The notes: generated by a model not told the origin, from the sequence alone. A DNA stretch of 64,000 bases from Antedon mediterranea (GCF_964355755.1 NC_092679.1:17405432-17469431), one strand, 5' to 3'. Counted from the stretch's first letter, positions 26,317 through 55,216 are shown. Made by a program: numbers and translations.

Positions 26317-29300
26317 ATGCAGAACAAACCAACTTCAGCCCACAGACGTGTTCTCCCACCAATCTGCAGCGAAGCGGACAAGAAATTTCTTCTTCATCTT
26401 GATCAATTCATCCAAAGTGAGTTGAAAAGACTGGACTGTCCAGATGCCGGACCCGATGACCATCGCTACCATGTCTACAAGCAGTCTTTTGATCAGGTAT
26501 GATCAATTTCAAAGAATTTGTTGGTGCTTAACCTTACTTGCAACCTTTTATGTATAAAACCTTTTTTTTTATAGCTTATAGATTATGTCTGTGCATATCG
26601 CCCTCTGCTGACTATGATTAAGGTGGAATACGAAGACTGTATCAATGCTGTCAAGCAGGGTGAAATGGATGCGTTTTACCTGACGGGAAAGGTTAAATCT
26701 ATGGCAGCCGAGAAAACTACAGTGAGCAACTATCGAAGACGAGCAGCTGAACTTGAAGAAAAGTAAGGACTTGTGTTGAGTGCAACCCGTTTAAAATATT
26801 GAATTTTAATGCTACCATTAATTAAATGCATTTAATTTAATGCTAACTTCTTTCTTTTATTCAATAAAAAAGATTACTAGATAATTTATTTCAGTGTTCA
26901 AAATTCAACCATGGATGGTGGTGGATTAGCCATATTATTATTTGAATATCAAGAATAAATGTGCATGGTCGAATCTAGGGTGATTTTGAGAGGCAAGATC
27001 CAGGCCATGAATAGGGTATCAGAGTTGAGCCTACTGCTGAGGGCCTTGTGAGCGAAGGGCTCCTGTAGCCCTTCATTTAGATCATGACATCAGACAATGT
27101 CTATCATGAATTCACAATGAACCAGTAATAGTACTATTCACTTCATAAAAATACATGTTTGTTTTTACTTTCTTAGAATATCAATAATATCATCAGATAA
27201 TACACGACTACAGAAAGAGTTAAATGACATCTTAACAGAAAGAAGAGAAAAGTTAGAATTGTTAAAGAGAGAAAGTGAGAAGGAAGTTGTAGAGAAGAAG
27301 ATTCAAGTTAATCCAAACTTGCCCATTCCAGGTAAAGTAGAGCCCCTTATTGGGCCGGACACCTCTGATAATGGGAAACTTTCCTGTGAAGGGAACAGAG
27401 GGTAATAAATATCTCCACACTGTGGTCAACCCCTAGTCAGGGTGGGAAGCTCTATTAAAATGACACCACAAAGATGTTCCCTTAGTATGGGTTCTACTAT
27501 ATAGATCAGTAAAACTAAAATATATCAAATTACTTACAATGTACATTATAATATACCTGTTTCTATCTCTCTTATTCTTCCCTTGAACATTAAAATATTC
27601 GTCATACTCAACAATCCCCAATCTCTAGACATGAATTGATATGACATTTTCTTGTGTACATTTATTTCAGGGCTAACTTTAGAAGAATCAACTGACTTGA
27701 CTGTACTAAAAAAGACAATGCAGGAATTAGAATTGAGAATGAAGAACCTTGTCATTAGCAAGGACACCAGACATCAGCCTCGCGAGTATAAGGAAGAGCT
27801 TAAGCAGCAGTTAAGTGGCAAGATCCAGGCCATGGATAGAGTATCAGAGGTGAACCAACTGCTGAAGGCTAGGTGTTGGAAACTTAGGCTAGCTCTGGAT
27901 GCTCTTAAGATGTATTACAGGGATGGAGATCGCAAACAGTCTGCCTACGAGGCTGTTGCAAATGCCTTTGCAAAGTCTACATCGAAGATGAGCTTAAATA
28001 GTGAGTTTTTTTATGTTGGTAATAATTGATAACAGAAAACTTTTGTTTCAGGATAGATAGATGAAGGACAGACATTAAATTGATCAAATGCCATACTAAT
28101 AATGAACAAAAAAGATCTCCATTATTGAAATAACAGACAGTTACCACCTTAAATCTACAGTAAGTCTCCAACTACTGTCAGTGACTCAAGCCCAGCCAAT
28201 CAGATAAGAACACTAAAATCCAACATTTTCTTTGGTTTTACCCTGATCCAAGAAATTCCTGACAGAATCACTGCTACAATCACACTCAACATGGTCAGAA
28301 ATACTTGATTATTCAAAGGTCACGATTTTAATTGTTTTTCTAGGCCAAGAAACAGTCACATCATTTGATGATGATGATCCAACCAAAGAAAAAGAGGCTG
28401 AACTGCTTCTTGATTACATTGAAAATTTTAACGACCTGTTTGACAGTAAGAAGTATGTACAAGCTGCAATGCATGCTGCTAACAGTCCAAAGGGAATACT
28501 AAGGAACACCGAGACAATGGAACGATTTAAAGGTTATTATTCATCATCATCTAACTTTTTCATCTATTTTATGTTATTCTAAATCTCTGTCTACACTATC
28601 AAACTAGTTTGGCCAAAACATGTGATCTGCACAAATATGGTAGTAATATGACATCATTATGTCTATATATGGGCACATCACGTCAAAGTTTGATAATGTA
28701 GACAGAGCTTAAGACAACTCATCTAGAGTGGTTCTCCGATACCAGTCTTGTCTTTCCCTTGTGTTTTGGATTTAAAGCTCGTCTCTATGCTTTCTGTTTT
28801 TTTTTGGGTGGGGCAGTCAAGTTGATCTGTTCGTTAGTGGCACCAACGTATTAACCTCTGTCTACAATATCAAACTAGTTTGACAAAAAATGTGTGATGT
28901 GCCCAAATATGGTATTGATATGACATCATCATGTCCATAAATGGGCACATCACATATTTTTGTCAAACTAGTTTGATAGTGTAGACAAATTGGATGGAAA
29001 ATGTCATTTATTATTAAATGACGAAATAACTAAATATATAATGTAAAACTACTGTAATAATAATAAAGGGGGCAGCCACCATTACATTATGTAGATTATG
29101 GTATTGATATTACATCTAATACCTTACATTACGTGCTTTAGTAGCGTGAATTTGCAATTGGTAGCATGTATTGGCAGTGTGAACTTACCATTTAGTAGTA
29201 TTTTCTTTAGTAGTGCTTTAATTACTTTTCTATTGATAGAATGTATTATTATTTATATAGCCTTGGAGGTAAAACCTGGAGAAAAATCACCATTGTTATC

Positions 29301-30920
29301 TTATTGTGAAGTTTTGATAGACTCTGTTCCAGCTGTTGGTGTGCTTCCAGATGCACCAACCTCACTGGAATGTGTAAAGTGTGCACTGAAGGAGGATAGG
29401 CTAGACTTGATTTATCATTGGCTTGCCCAAGATAGGTATTTATAGTAAATATAAACGATAGGTTTATTGACAGAATTATTCAAGAAACAACTCTTTGCTG
29501 TTATTTCCTTTTAAAATGCAATGTTAATAGGATATTATGGATATTAAGATTCTGACAGTAAATTATATAAATTTAAAATTGTGAAAGGCTAAACAATAAC
29601 AGAACATAATTTTGTTAGGATAATTAACAGCAGAACTACAGTATAAACAATCATCCACTCATTTCTCCCGTTTCTCTTATCAGTTTACTTTTTAATAATT
29701 GTGTTGAAAAAGATAATTCCATTGATCCTTTTTTGATAATTATCAATGTTTTTGTAATAAGGTATGTGATTTGTTTAAAGTTTTTATGTTTTAAATATTT
29801 TGAATCCATTCTATTAGTGGCAGGTTTCCCACTGTTAATGTGAAATTAAATAAAAATAAATTAATATAAAATATTTCCTTGTTTCTCACCAGGTTAACAT
29901 GCACAGATGTATTGGGAAATGCACTCTATAACTATGCCGAAGGAAAGAAAGAAGACGTGATAAGGACCGTGATGGGTCTTGCGCAGAAGACATACGCACA
30001 CGTAGATGCTCATGTGCAAGCTTGTGTGTGCATGTGTAGGCAGGAGAGGATCCTGGCCATGATGGAATATGCAGATAGCAAAAAGTTCACCAAAGGTAGG
30101 ATGTGTACAGGCTTTTGTTTAATTTATATATAGTAATGTCATTGGTAGATGTCTGGGGAGGATGCAGAATTCACTGGTAGGGTGTGTGACACATCCTCAG
30201 CCCACCGATGGTTGGGGCTGATGTAAGAATATTTTCAGATTGTTAATGCATGGAGTTATAAAATTTATAAAATCTAATTGTATAGCTCCATGGTTAATGT
30301 ACTATATCATGCTAGTGAAATGCTGCTAATTTCAACAAAATTGTTCTCCCCATTTTTAGATGCTTACTTGGCTGTGCTAACAGCATGCCCAAGCCAGCGT
30401 TTAGCTGAGGAGATGATAAAACAGAAGGGTCCTGAGGGGGGCACATTGCTGTATCTTGGTGTAGTGGTCCAAACGCTGCTAGCTACCGAGACATTTGATG
30501 TTGGCCTAGAACTTTTACAAAATATTAGAGCTGGAAAAATTGAAGGTAACAAAAACAGTAACCTTTTAATCTATGTTACAAAAAATGTGATTTGCCTATA
30601 TATGGACATGATGATGTCATATCACTACCATATTTGGGCACATCACACGTTTTTGTCAAAATAGTTTGATAGTGTAGACAGAGCTTAAGTTATTTTCTTC
30701 TCTTATCATTTCAACAGATACTGTAGGGTTAAAAGAAGCTGTGTACATCGACCAAGAGACCAGCCCAGAAACTTGGTTTGAGATCGTTGAAAGTTGTCAA
30801 GACTATGGTCTTTATGACACTGCTCTAGAGCTTCTGGCCGCTGTCACCGTGAAGCTAGCCATCTATAAAGCAGTTACCAAGCATGAAGATACAAACCATA
30901 AGTATGACATGTATTATTAG
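26317..30920 (+). CDS. CLHC1: Clathrin heavy chain linker domain-containing protein 1, 9 coding exons
   Basis: VLPPICSEADKKFL...GPDDHRYHVYKQSFDQ...DDDPTKEKEAELLLDYIENFNDLF...AAMHAANSPKGILRN...LKEDRLDLIYHWLAQDRLT matches human CLHC1. Exons ~26317-26496, 26574-26762, 27177-27331, 27671-28000, 28345-28532, 29261-29435, 29893-30095, 30360-30545, 30718-30920. Confidence 0.92.
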
Positions 30921-32565
30921 CCAAAAAGCACTCATTGTAATGAAGCAGAATACGACGACGCAACCCAAACTGTTAAATAGGACATCTTAAGGGCAATTTA
31001 CACAGAAGAGCGCTAACAGAAAGTGGAAAACGACCCATGTAGAATTCTGTATTTATCCAGCTTCTATATATCGTTTATCCAAAAATGAACTACAGTCAAA
31101 ATGTCAGTCATCTTGGAATTAAAAAAAAAATCTTTGTGCTATGTTAAGCTCTGTCTACACTATCAAATAGTATTTTTTGACAAAAAAAGTGTGATATACC
31201 CAAATAGGGTAGTGATATGACATCATCATGTCCATATATGGGCACACCACATTCTTTTGTCACATAAAATTTGATAGTGTAGACAGTGCTGTACAGTGTG
31301 TATACTTATGTTTCCAATAGTAAATTTGTTATTTAAAATCACTATAACTTCCATCCATGCTAAAGGAAAACTTATTCCGTCCAAACGAAGTGTATTTTAT
31401 AAATTGTCCACCTATAAAGAATGTAAATATTGAATATTCTATATTTAAGATAATTATATCAAACTTGCATATTCCGTCCAACTGTAGTTACCAAAGTGTG
31501 TTTTATATTGTCTACATATCAATCTGTATGTATATTTAAATTAAAACTTGCAAAAATAGTTTAAAACAGACTTGATTTTTAGCAATTGTTTTATTTGCAT
31601 AAAAAGTAACATGTTCTTTCCATATAAACATTTTTACAGCCAATAAAATAACTAATATTCACATCTAATATACAGTATATAAAATAATAACATAATATAT
31701 ATAAAGACAATGATTGCAAAAAGAATAAACCAATCTTTTTTTTCTTCGAACACAAATATAAGTTACAGGATAGTCTGGGTCATCTAGCTCACTATTAATA
31801 CTACAATTTATTTGGGAAGCTGCACCTTTTGGAACGGTCACAAAACTGTGATGTGGTCAACACCAAAAAACTACATGCCAAAGTTTAATAGTCAGTAAGA
31901 CAATTGGAGAGACATTATGAAATACTTGCAAAAAGTCGCCTTCGGTGGCCTTCCGCGGCCATCAGGATACGTTTGTGTTGTGGGGATGGCTACTCCAGAT
32001 ATATTACAGTATCTGCAGTGTTATATATTCCAACAATGGATTAGTGGTGAAAGAGAAATATGAAAACACATAAGGTACAGTAGCTTATAATGTAGTAAAA
32101 CAATACTTGAAGCCTAATAAATAAATGACAATTGCACCAGCAAACACAGTATCGTTCGTATGACATACAGTATAGGCCTAGGCCTACATAATCCTGGCGC
32201 CACCACTGCACTTACGGCTGCTGCCGATAACAGTACATACAATAATGTAGTTTCGTACCCACCCCTTAAAATTACTCAATTGTTTCAGTCCTTCATCCTA
32301 CCTACACAGGGGTTGTCTTCAACATCCTGTAAGCATACAAATCGATATTTTTAATATTTATAACTATTTTTAATCAATTAATAATTGAGCACCCTTCAGA
32401 AATCCATCGCCAGCTTAGCTTCGTGAAAATCGCCACTACGGGAAGAATAATGGCTACAGGCCATAACATGATGTATAGTAGTCTTTGATAGAACTATGAG
32501 GTACCTTTAAATTATAAGAGTACCTCAAACAGCAAACCTCAGATAAACTGTTTATACATTTTGCT

Positions 32566-48149
<15,584 letters not shown>

Positions 48150-49339
48150 GTTTTATTTATCACTTCTTCAGCTGTAGTGTAAGAAATCCATCTATAAAAT
48201 CTGTAAAAAACAAGCATGAAACAACCCCATCCATGCCAACACAAAACATGTCATTGGATATTGACACAGCGCAGCGGTTTAATTAAATTTTTTAGCCAAC
48301 GTAATTAAGTCTACCCTACTGGGCTAGCCTAGCAAGTAGTAGTAGGCCTGCCAGGCTAGGAATAGGCCTAGCCTAGGCTAGCCTATTATTAGGCCTACTG
48401 GGCCTACTAGCTGGGCCTAGTAGTAGGGCTAGGCTAGGCCTACCCTACCCTTTATTTAGGCTAGGCTAAGATTAACATATTAAAAAAAATTATTATAGCC
48501 TAACCTAGGCCTAACCTAGGCCATGGATACCTCCATGCCTAGGCCTAGGCCTAGGCTATATGATCTATTAATTAAATTTTATCAATATCTTATTTACGGT
48601 CTCAAATCAGATTATTACTTCTTACTGTATTTAAATCATACACCAAAAATTCAATTCAACCACAAAAAACAGATTTCAGTCTACTTTAGGTCCACTAAAG
48701 CCAATTCTAATCACAATGACAGAAACGGAGATTGCGGAAAGAAAAGTTAGTTCTGAATTTCCAATTCCTCCATGATGTTTATTTTTTTTTCAGCTCGTTG
48801 AGTGCTTATTGGTTGAAATAGTCACATGGTATAACCGTATCTAGGCTTATTTGACCTTTGCACTTGACAACCATAGGCTCAATAAGCCAGTCAGCATGTA
48901 AGGATTACACATAGTCTGGAGAAAAAGCCTAGATGAAAATACTAAATAAGTTGAAAGTAGTCAAGAAAACTTTATTTGATAAATATGTTGTTACTATATT
49001 TACATAAGATGGAAGTATATGTCTATTTGGTGACTTAAATGCTGCTTTTGTACTTTTCTGGCAGTTTATACGCCTATTAGCGTGGAAATACAATTCATTT
49101 TTTAGATCCATGAGTGCATGATTAAAAAAAAGTGTTGATTTTTCTTACCTTTTTGTTTGTTTTATTTAAACAGTATTTTTGTAAATGTAAATTATCTTAG
49201 TTGCCTGAATAAATAATAATGATAACTCCAAACTAAAAAATAGAACATGTTTTATTTGAAAGTATTTTAGTAATAATAATGTTTTGGCACGCATATCAGC
49301 AGGCATGGGATAAGTTCCTGAGGAGGGTTAAAAGCGGTC

Positions 49340-52300
49340 TAGCGCCCTCTATTTTAGTTAAAAGTTTCGTGCGAGAGTAGGTGTTGAACGTTTTAGAAAA
49401 ATTATCCAATCGTTGTACCGAGAGTTTTCAGAATACCCGGGTAGCAACAGCAATATCTTTCCTGGCCAATCAGCGTATTCCAAAATGTCATCATGTAATT
49501 TGCATATAGTCTCAGCCAATCAAAGTAATTAATCTACAAGTTAACCCACATCAGACGAACTTATTTGCCTTTTTGTGCGCGGCAGTGAGGATCGGAAGAC
49601 GGTGTTAAAAAGAGAGCCGAGAAGGTAGGTGCTTTATTTGTTTGAATTATTAATAATAATACAGTACTTTTGATTGAGGAATCGACAACAAACAAAACAG
49701 CAAACTTCCGCCAGTTTTACTGGCCAGGATTACACAAGACAAGACAGACTTGAACTTGATTGAAGACGATAAACTTAGGTCTGGCCTAGGCCTAGCCGGC
49801 CCTCATCATGTGAACGTTTGCTATAGATGTTATATTACTGTTACTTAAGTTGAGTACAATATATAATAATTGTGACATTATACTTCTCTGTATTCTTAAT
49901 TTTGTTTTGGCCTATTGAATTGCCTACTTAGTTTGTTTCATCTATTGCCCAAAAATATTAAATTTAAATAGCCTAGTGTAATAAAATCAAATAATTTCTT
50001 TTGCAGGTGACATGTCTGATTTCAATTTTAAACCACAGTATTTATTGTTTAAAGAACAGTTAAAGAACAAAATGCTTTTCGTCTACCTACTTGAGTCTCT
50101 TGACCCTGTGTGTGTTAATGCAACATTTCAGCTTTGGAAAATGAACCAACATCAAGTATAAAACAATAGCAAGATAGCAGGTATTTTAGTGATAACCATC
50201 ACTGTCATCAGCTAGTAGTATACAACATTAAAATTACAGTTTGAACAGAACATTGCTGTCAACCATTCTGCATGTGCAGTCCTGAAATAAATTGACATTA
50301 AAGTTAATGAAACATTTGCCTTTTCAACATGTATGTACTTTTCATGTTCCAGTCGTAGGCCTATTGATGAAGACATCCAAAACATAGTAAGACTTAACCA
50401 ATAAAACCAATTAAACTAACATATAAATAATGCAAATTATCATATTTATCTATTTGTTAGTTTGTGGTTATTGCCTTGCAGGTGTACTAACACATTTTAG
50501 AGTAGAGTTTATATTCACAGGTTGATGATGATCTGGTCCTGGATTGAAGACCCCCCCCCCCCCCCCCCCCCCGCCTCTTAAATCCATCCACATGCAAATA
50601 CAATATGATATATCATATACAAAATATATGATATAAAATATGTATTTGCTTGTAGGCTGTTGTATCATGCATTGATAGGATCATTAGGTTAAATTCTAAC
50701 TAAAATTTGTTTATCGGAAATGTATTACACTATAGTATTTTAAGTTTTCATGTTTTACTTGCAAAATATTATTTTTTTTGTCTGTTATAAAGGTATGTAT
50801 TGTATTATAACTATACATATTCATGTTTTATATAACAACAATTATAAATATATACAACTTCCTTTTATTGTAAACATTTTGTTTCAGTTACTAACACACA
50901 CAGTAGAATCAAGTCAAGAAAAGGCTGATTAATATGTATTGTTTTAAATTAAATAAACTGTTTATACAAATCTGTTGGCTTAATCATGGAATGTGAAAAG
51001 CTATGTGTATCACACAGTAGACATAATTAATGTCATATAAATATTTACAAAACATGAAAAGCTCATTGATATTAATTGTATGTTGTTATATACATTACTT
51101 AATTATATATTTATCATAATTACAATATTTACATGATTGTTACAATTGTTAGTTAATTATATTTAAATCGTATTTTAAAATTGAAAAAACTATTGCTTTA
51201 ATACTTCTATACCTATTATTATAACTAACACTTAGATAATGCATGATACAACTCCAGTTGTGCATTCCCCTATTTCTTTGCACACTGGTATTGTTTCCCC
51301 CTTCCCCACTTTTTTTAAAGGAAATGGAAGCACAAAGGTAGGTTACTAACGCAGCAAGACATCGCTTCGAGCATCCAAGCATCAAAACAAGTAAGATTTG
51401 TAACTAGCTGTTAGGGTTGTACTGTTGATGAAATGACACAATGTTTTGTTGTCTTCTTCTGTTGTTGCTATGATGATAGCTTTGCCATGATGCCTGATGG
51501 CATCTTGCGGCATCTTTTTTGTTGCATTGGTTTCATTGCTTGTTGTCATGATATGGCATGGTATCTACCTGTAAATCTACATTAGGGGCTTATTGTTTTT
51601 TATAGTTCGCTTTTTTTTTCTACAGATCATTTCATTTTGAATAAATTTTGTTCAAACAAAAGTGAGTCTATCTTTTTCTTTGTTTTATTGAACAAAAACA
51701 TAATTACACTTGATCATAATTTAAGTTCATTAATAAATTTAACAAATAAAATGTTTTGTTTGTGTCGTTTTATTTCTGTAGTTTAAAAAAGAATGATGTA
51801 TCACAATTATTAAAATTGAAAAATAAAGAAATAAAATATATGTGTCTGTTATTTATTTAAAAACATTTAATATGGATGTTTGTCTTTCATTGTGTAAACA
51901 ACATTCTCAATACATTGAAACTTTTTCCTTTTTTAGAGTGTGTATATATTGGTTTTGAAATCCACAGTCATTTTTTTTTTATAGTTTTCAATAAAAAATT
52001 TGAACAGCTAAAATGTTGTATTTATGTGTCTGTTTATTTCTTTAAAATGTAATGATGTATCATATTATTTAAAATCAAATATATTTTACAAATAAAAATG
52101 TGTGTTTGTGTCCTTTGTTTCATTATTACTGTAGTTTAAAAAAAACAGTCACAACATGTTTTCACATCACATCAGAACAATAATTTAATATTAACACTTT
52201 TTTCCTTTTTTAGAGTGTGTATATAATTATTGGTTTGGAAATCCACAGTCAAACCTGTTTTTCATAGTTTTCAATTAAAAAATTGAACTGCTAAAATGTT

Positions 52301-53763
52301 GTATTTTTGTGTCGGTTTTGTTTTGTGATGTATCATATAAAATCAATTTTACAAATAAAAATGTGTGTTTGTGTCCTTTGTTTTATTACCACTGTAGTTC
52401 AAAATAACATTCACAACATGTTTTCACATCACATCAGAGCAACAATTTAATGTTATTAAAAGTTTAAAAAAATTTATTTTTGTGTCTTTTGTAAAACTGC
52501 ATACATAATACATTGACAAAATATATATCACCTAAAACATAGTTGTCAAGTGAATAAAGAAAATAAATTGTCTGTGTCTATTTCATTAGTGTATGTTTAT
52601 TTGCATTTTGTTTATAGCATCAATCAATAATTCACTTAACAATTGTCTTGAATGTCTTTTTATTTCTACAGGTCACAGGTTAATTTTGAATAAATTTGTA
52701 TCAAAGCTTGGTGTCATTTGTCTTGTTTTATTATTTTAAGAAAAAATACTAAAGTTGGATAAAAGAAATTTGTAAATAAAAAATAAAAATGTTGTCTTTG
52801 TGTTTATTTATAAAAAAACATTGATATTCATTAAAATAACAGATTTATCTGTGTCTTCTATTTTATTAGAAAAACATTTTTTTAATATATTTTTCCATCA
52901 CATTTTTTTTGGTATAACATATTTTGAATTAAATGCAAATAACAAATGATTTGTTTTCTTTTTGTTAATTGTTTTTAAACATATAAATCTTAAAGCTTTT
53001 TGTGAAACATATCAAAAACTGTTGTTTGTGTCTAATTATTGCCATTCATTGAAAAATTATTTTATAGTTATTTTTCATTTATATGTCATGTGTTTTATCA
53101 TAATGTAAGTAGAAGTACACTGTTATAAAATCAACAAGATTTGAATGATGAAAACTACATAGTTCTTGTAATATAACTTGTTTTCCTTTTTTTGCAGATT
53201 TTGAAAATGACGGTACTGATACAAGACTGGTTTCACCTATTACAGAATAGGTAGAGAATAATCCAATACATATGAGTATATAACTATAATTATTTCCCTT
53301 CTTTTTTTTTGCAGGTAATTGCCAGTAGGTACTGTTGTTTTGAACATAGATGGTTTGAACCAATCACAGGTAAGGTCAAGGAAATTACGTACAATGTGTA
53401 TATAAAACTATTTTGTTTTCTTCTTTATTGCAGAACTCTTGCAAATGGTCCAATGGATGTTGATTGAACCAATCACAGGTAAGGTATAAAAAAATTACAT
53501 ACATTGTGAATAACTATTTTTTACATCTTTATTGCAGATCCTCCAATAGAGTTGTTATAAGGCTGGTATAGACACTAATCTGCATAACTATTTTCTCCAT
53601 TTGCAGATTCTATTGTTTTGTTATTATTTGTGTTGATATGTTGACAAAACAATTTTTGTTTTGGCTTATGAATTTTAGTTCATGTGCAGGCTATATAATA
53701 GAGGGCGCTATTTTAATTTAGAATGATTTCTTGAAAATGCAGACCAACCAATAGAGGGCACTA
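49340..53763 (+). other. Unexplained non-coding spliced unit (lncRNA or non-autonomous element)
   Basis: Three CCAAT boxes and an octamer, a donor at 49625, about 10 strong (Y)nCAG acceptors, repeated micro-exon units and AATAAA+TGTGTC arrays. No convincing ORF. Confidence 0.45.
51921..52460. repeat. ~270-bp diverged tandem duplication
   Basis: ctttttccttttttagagtgtgtatat...aaatccacagtca...tcacaacatgttttcacatcacatcaga is present twice. Confidence 0.85.
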
Positions 53764-54187
53764 TAACGAAAACAAAATACACAACATGTGTGATCGAGTA
53801 AATTAATTGCACAAAGTACGCCTAAAGTATATTACTTTTAAACAAATTTAATTTTTTTTTTCAAATTGTGAAGTTTACATGTAAAGTTGTACAGTATTTT
53901 CCGATTATAAACTTTGAATATACCTAGCTAGCCCTCTCTCTAGAGGCTTTATAGAGCCTAGCTAGCTAGGCCTAGTAATATAGTAAGTAGTAGACTAGTA
54001 GTAGTAGAAAGCCTGCGTCCCCTTTGTTCAGTGTTGTTGTTTTGGTAGCTAGCTGCAAGGGCAAGCCCTACTCTACTACAGTACTACTACTATAGCTAGG
54101 CCTGCTGGTGTGTATGTTTATGTGCTTTCAATGTATTGACTAAAAAGATACTTGAGTCCCTGTTGTTTCACTCCTGGTTGTTTTGAG

Positions 54188-54320
54188 GGGATCCAGTCAA
54201 GTCGCCCCATCGCAAAGTCGCCCCATACAAAGTCGCCCAATACAAAGTCGCCCCATCGCAAAGTCGCCCCAAAACAAAGTCGCCCCGGCACAGTCGCCCC
54301 ATCGCAAAGTCCCATAAGTT
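54188..54320. mobile_element. Orphan DNA-transposon end with (caaagtcgcccc)n subterminal repeats
   Basis: gggatccagtcaagtcgcccc is followed by about 7 aagtcgccc units. No matching other end was seen. Confidence 0.65.
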
Positions 54321-54380
54321 AAAAAACATTTATTTATAATAAAGTTTTTGAAGTATATGAATGATTTATTATATTGTTTA

Positions 54381-55094
54381 TGTTATGCGCGATTTGAACG
54401 ATTTGCGCAATTTAAAATTGCGCAAAGAATTCTTGCGCAATTTGAAATTGTGCAAGGATTTTCTTGCGCAATATTAAATTGCGCAATCAACTTGCAATTT
54501 GAAATTGCGCAAGATAGTTCTTGCGCAATATGACACCTTTGCGCACTTTGAAAACGAACTGTTTATTATTTTTATTATTGTACTCATTTGTTGTTGAGAA
54601 TGGTAGCCTACCGAAAGGTCGATCTTTTTTGTCATTAAATTTAATTTTTAAGTTAAATAGTAAACGTCTAATAATTCGTAATAATTATTGTTTCTAAAAA
54701 AAATCCAATCGTTATTAGTCTTATTAATTGTCATTAGTATTGATATTTGAATTGAAAGTATTATTTACTATTGGTATTTATTTATGCCTTCTCCTCATAC
54801 CATTGGGAATTCGAGATTTTTTTTATTCGGAAAAAAAAATTCGGGAGGGAAGCTCCCGGGAGGGTAAGGAAATGCGATATTATCTTTAATTTTGAATCAT
54901 TCTTAGAAATTACTAAACAAATAATGAAATATGGGTGTGCATGACTTCACAATCTGTGGAAAAACCTTGCGCAATTTGGAGATTACTTGCGCAATTTGAA
55001 ACACATTCAAGGAATTTTTTGCGCAATTTTAAATTGCGCAAGAAAATCCTTGCGCAATTTCAAATTGCGCAAATCGTTCAAATCGCGCATAACA
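54381..55094. mobile_element. Foldback MITE with long TIRs rich in TTGCGCAA
   Basis: tgttatgcgcgatttgaacgatttgcgcaattt / aaattgcgcaaatcgttcaaatcgcgcataaca. No clear TSD. Confidence 0.85.
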
Positions 55095-55216
55095 ACTACA
55101 ATCTGATCCTTTGTTTTGTTAATTGATATTATTTTTCATCATGAATCAACCTTTATAATTCATTTCAGAACATTAATAATAATATTTTATCTCTTCCCAG
55201 GCAAATTCATATAAAG

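Noticed and set aside
50550-50572. Poly-C tract / G-quadruplex (also 63647-63660) and the poly-Gly ORF 50468-50668
   Set aside because: Simple homopolymers; the ORF is incidental.
51149-51570. Minus-strand coding exon in the unknown unit
   Set aside because: All three frames contain stops within ~55 codons or give no recognisable protein. It could be a decayed fragment but this is unsupported.
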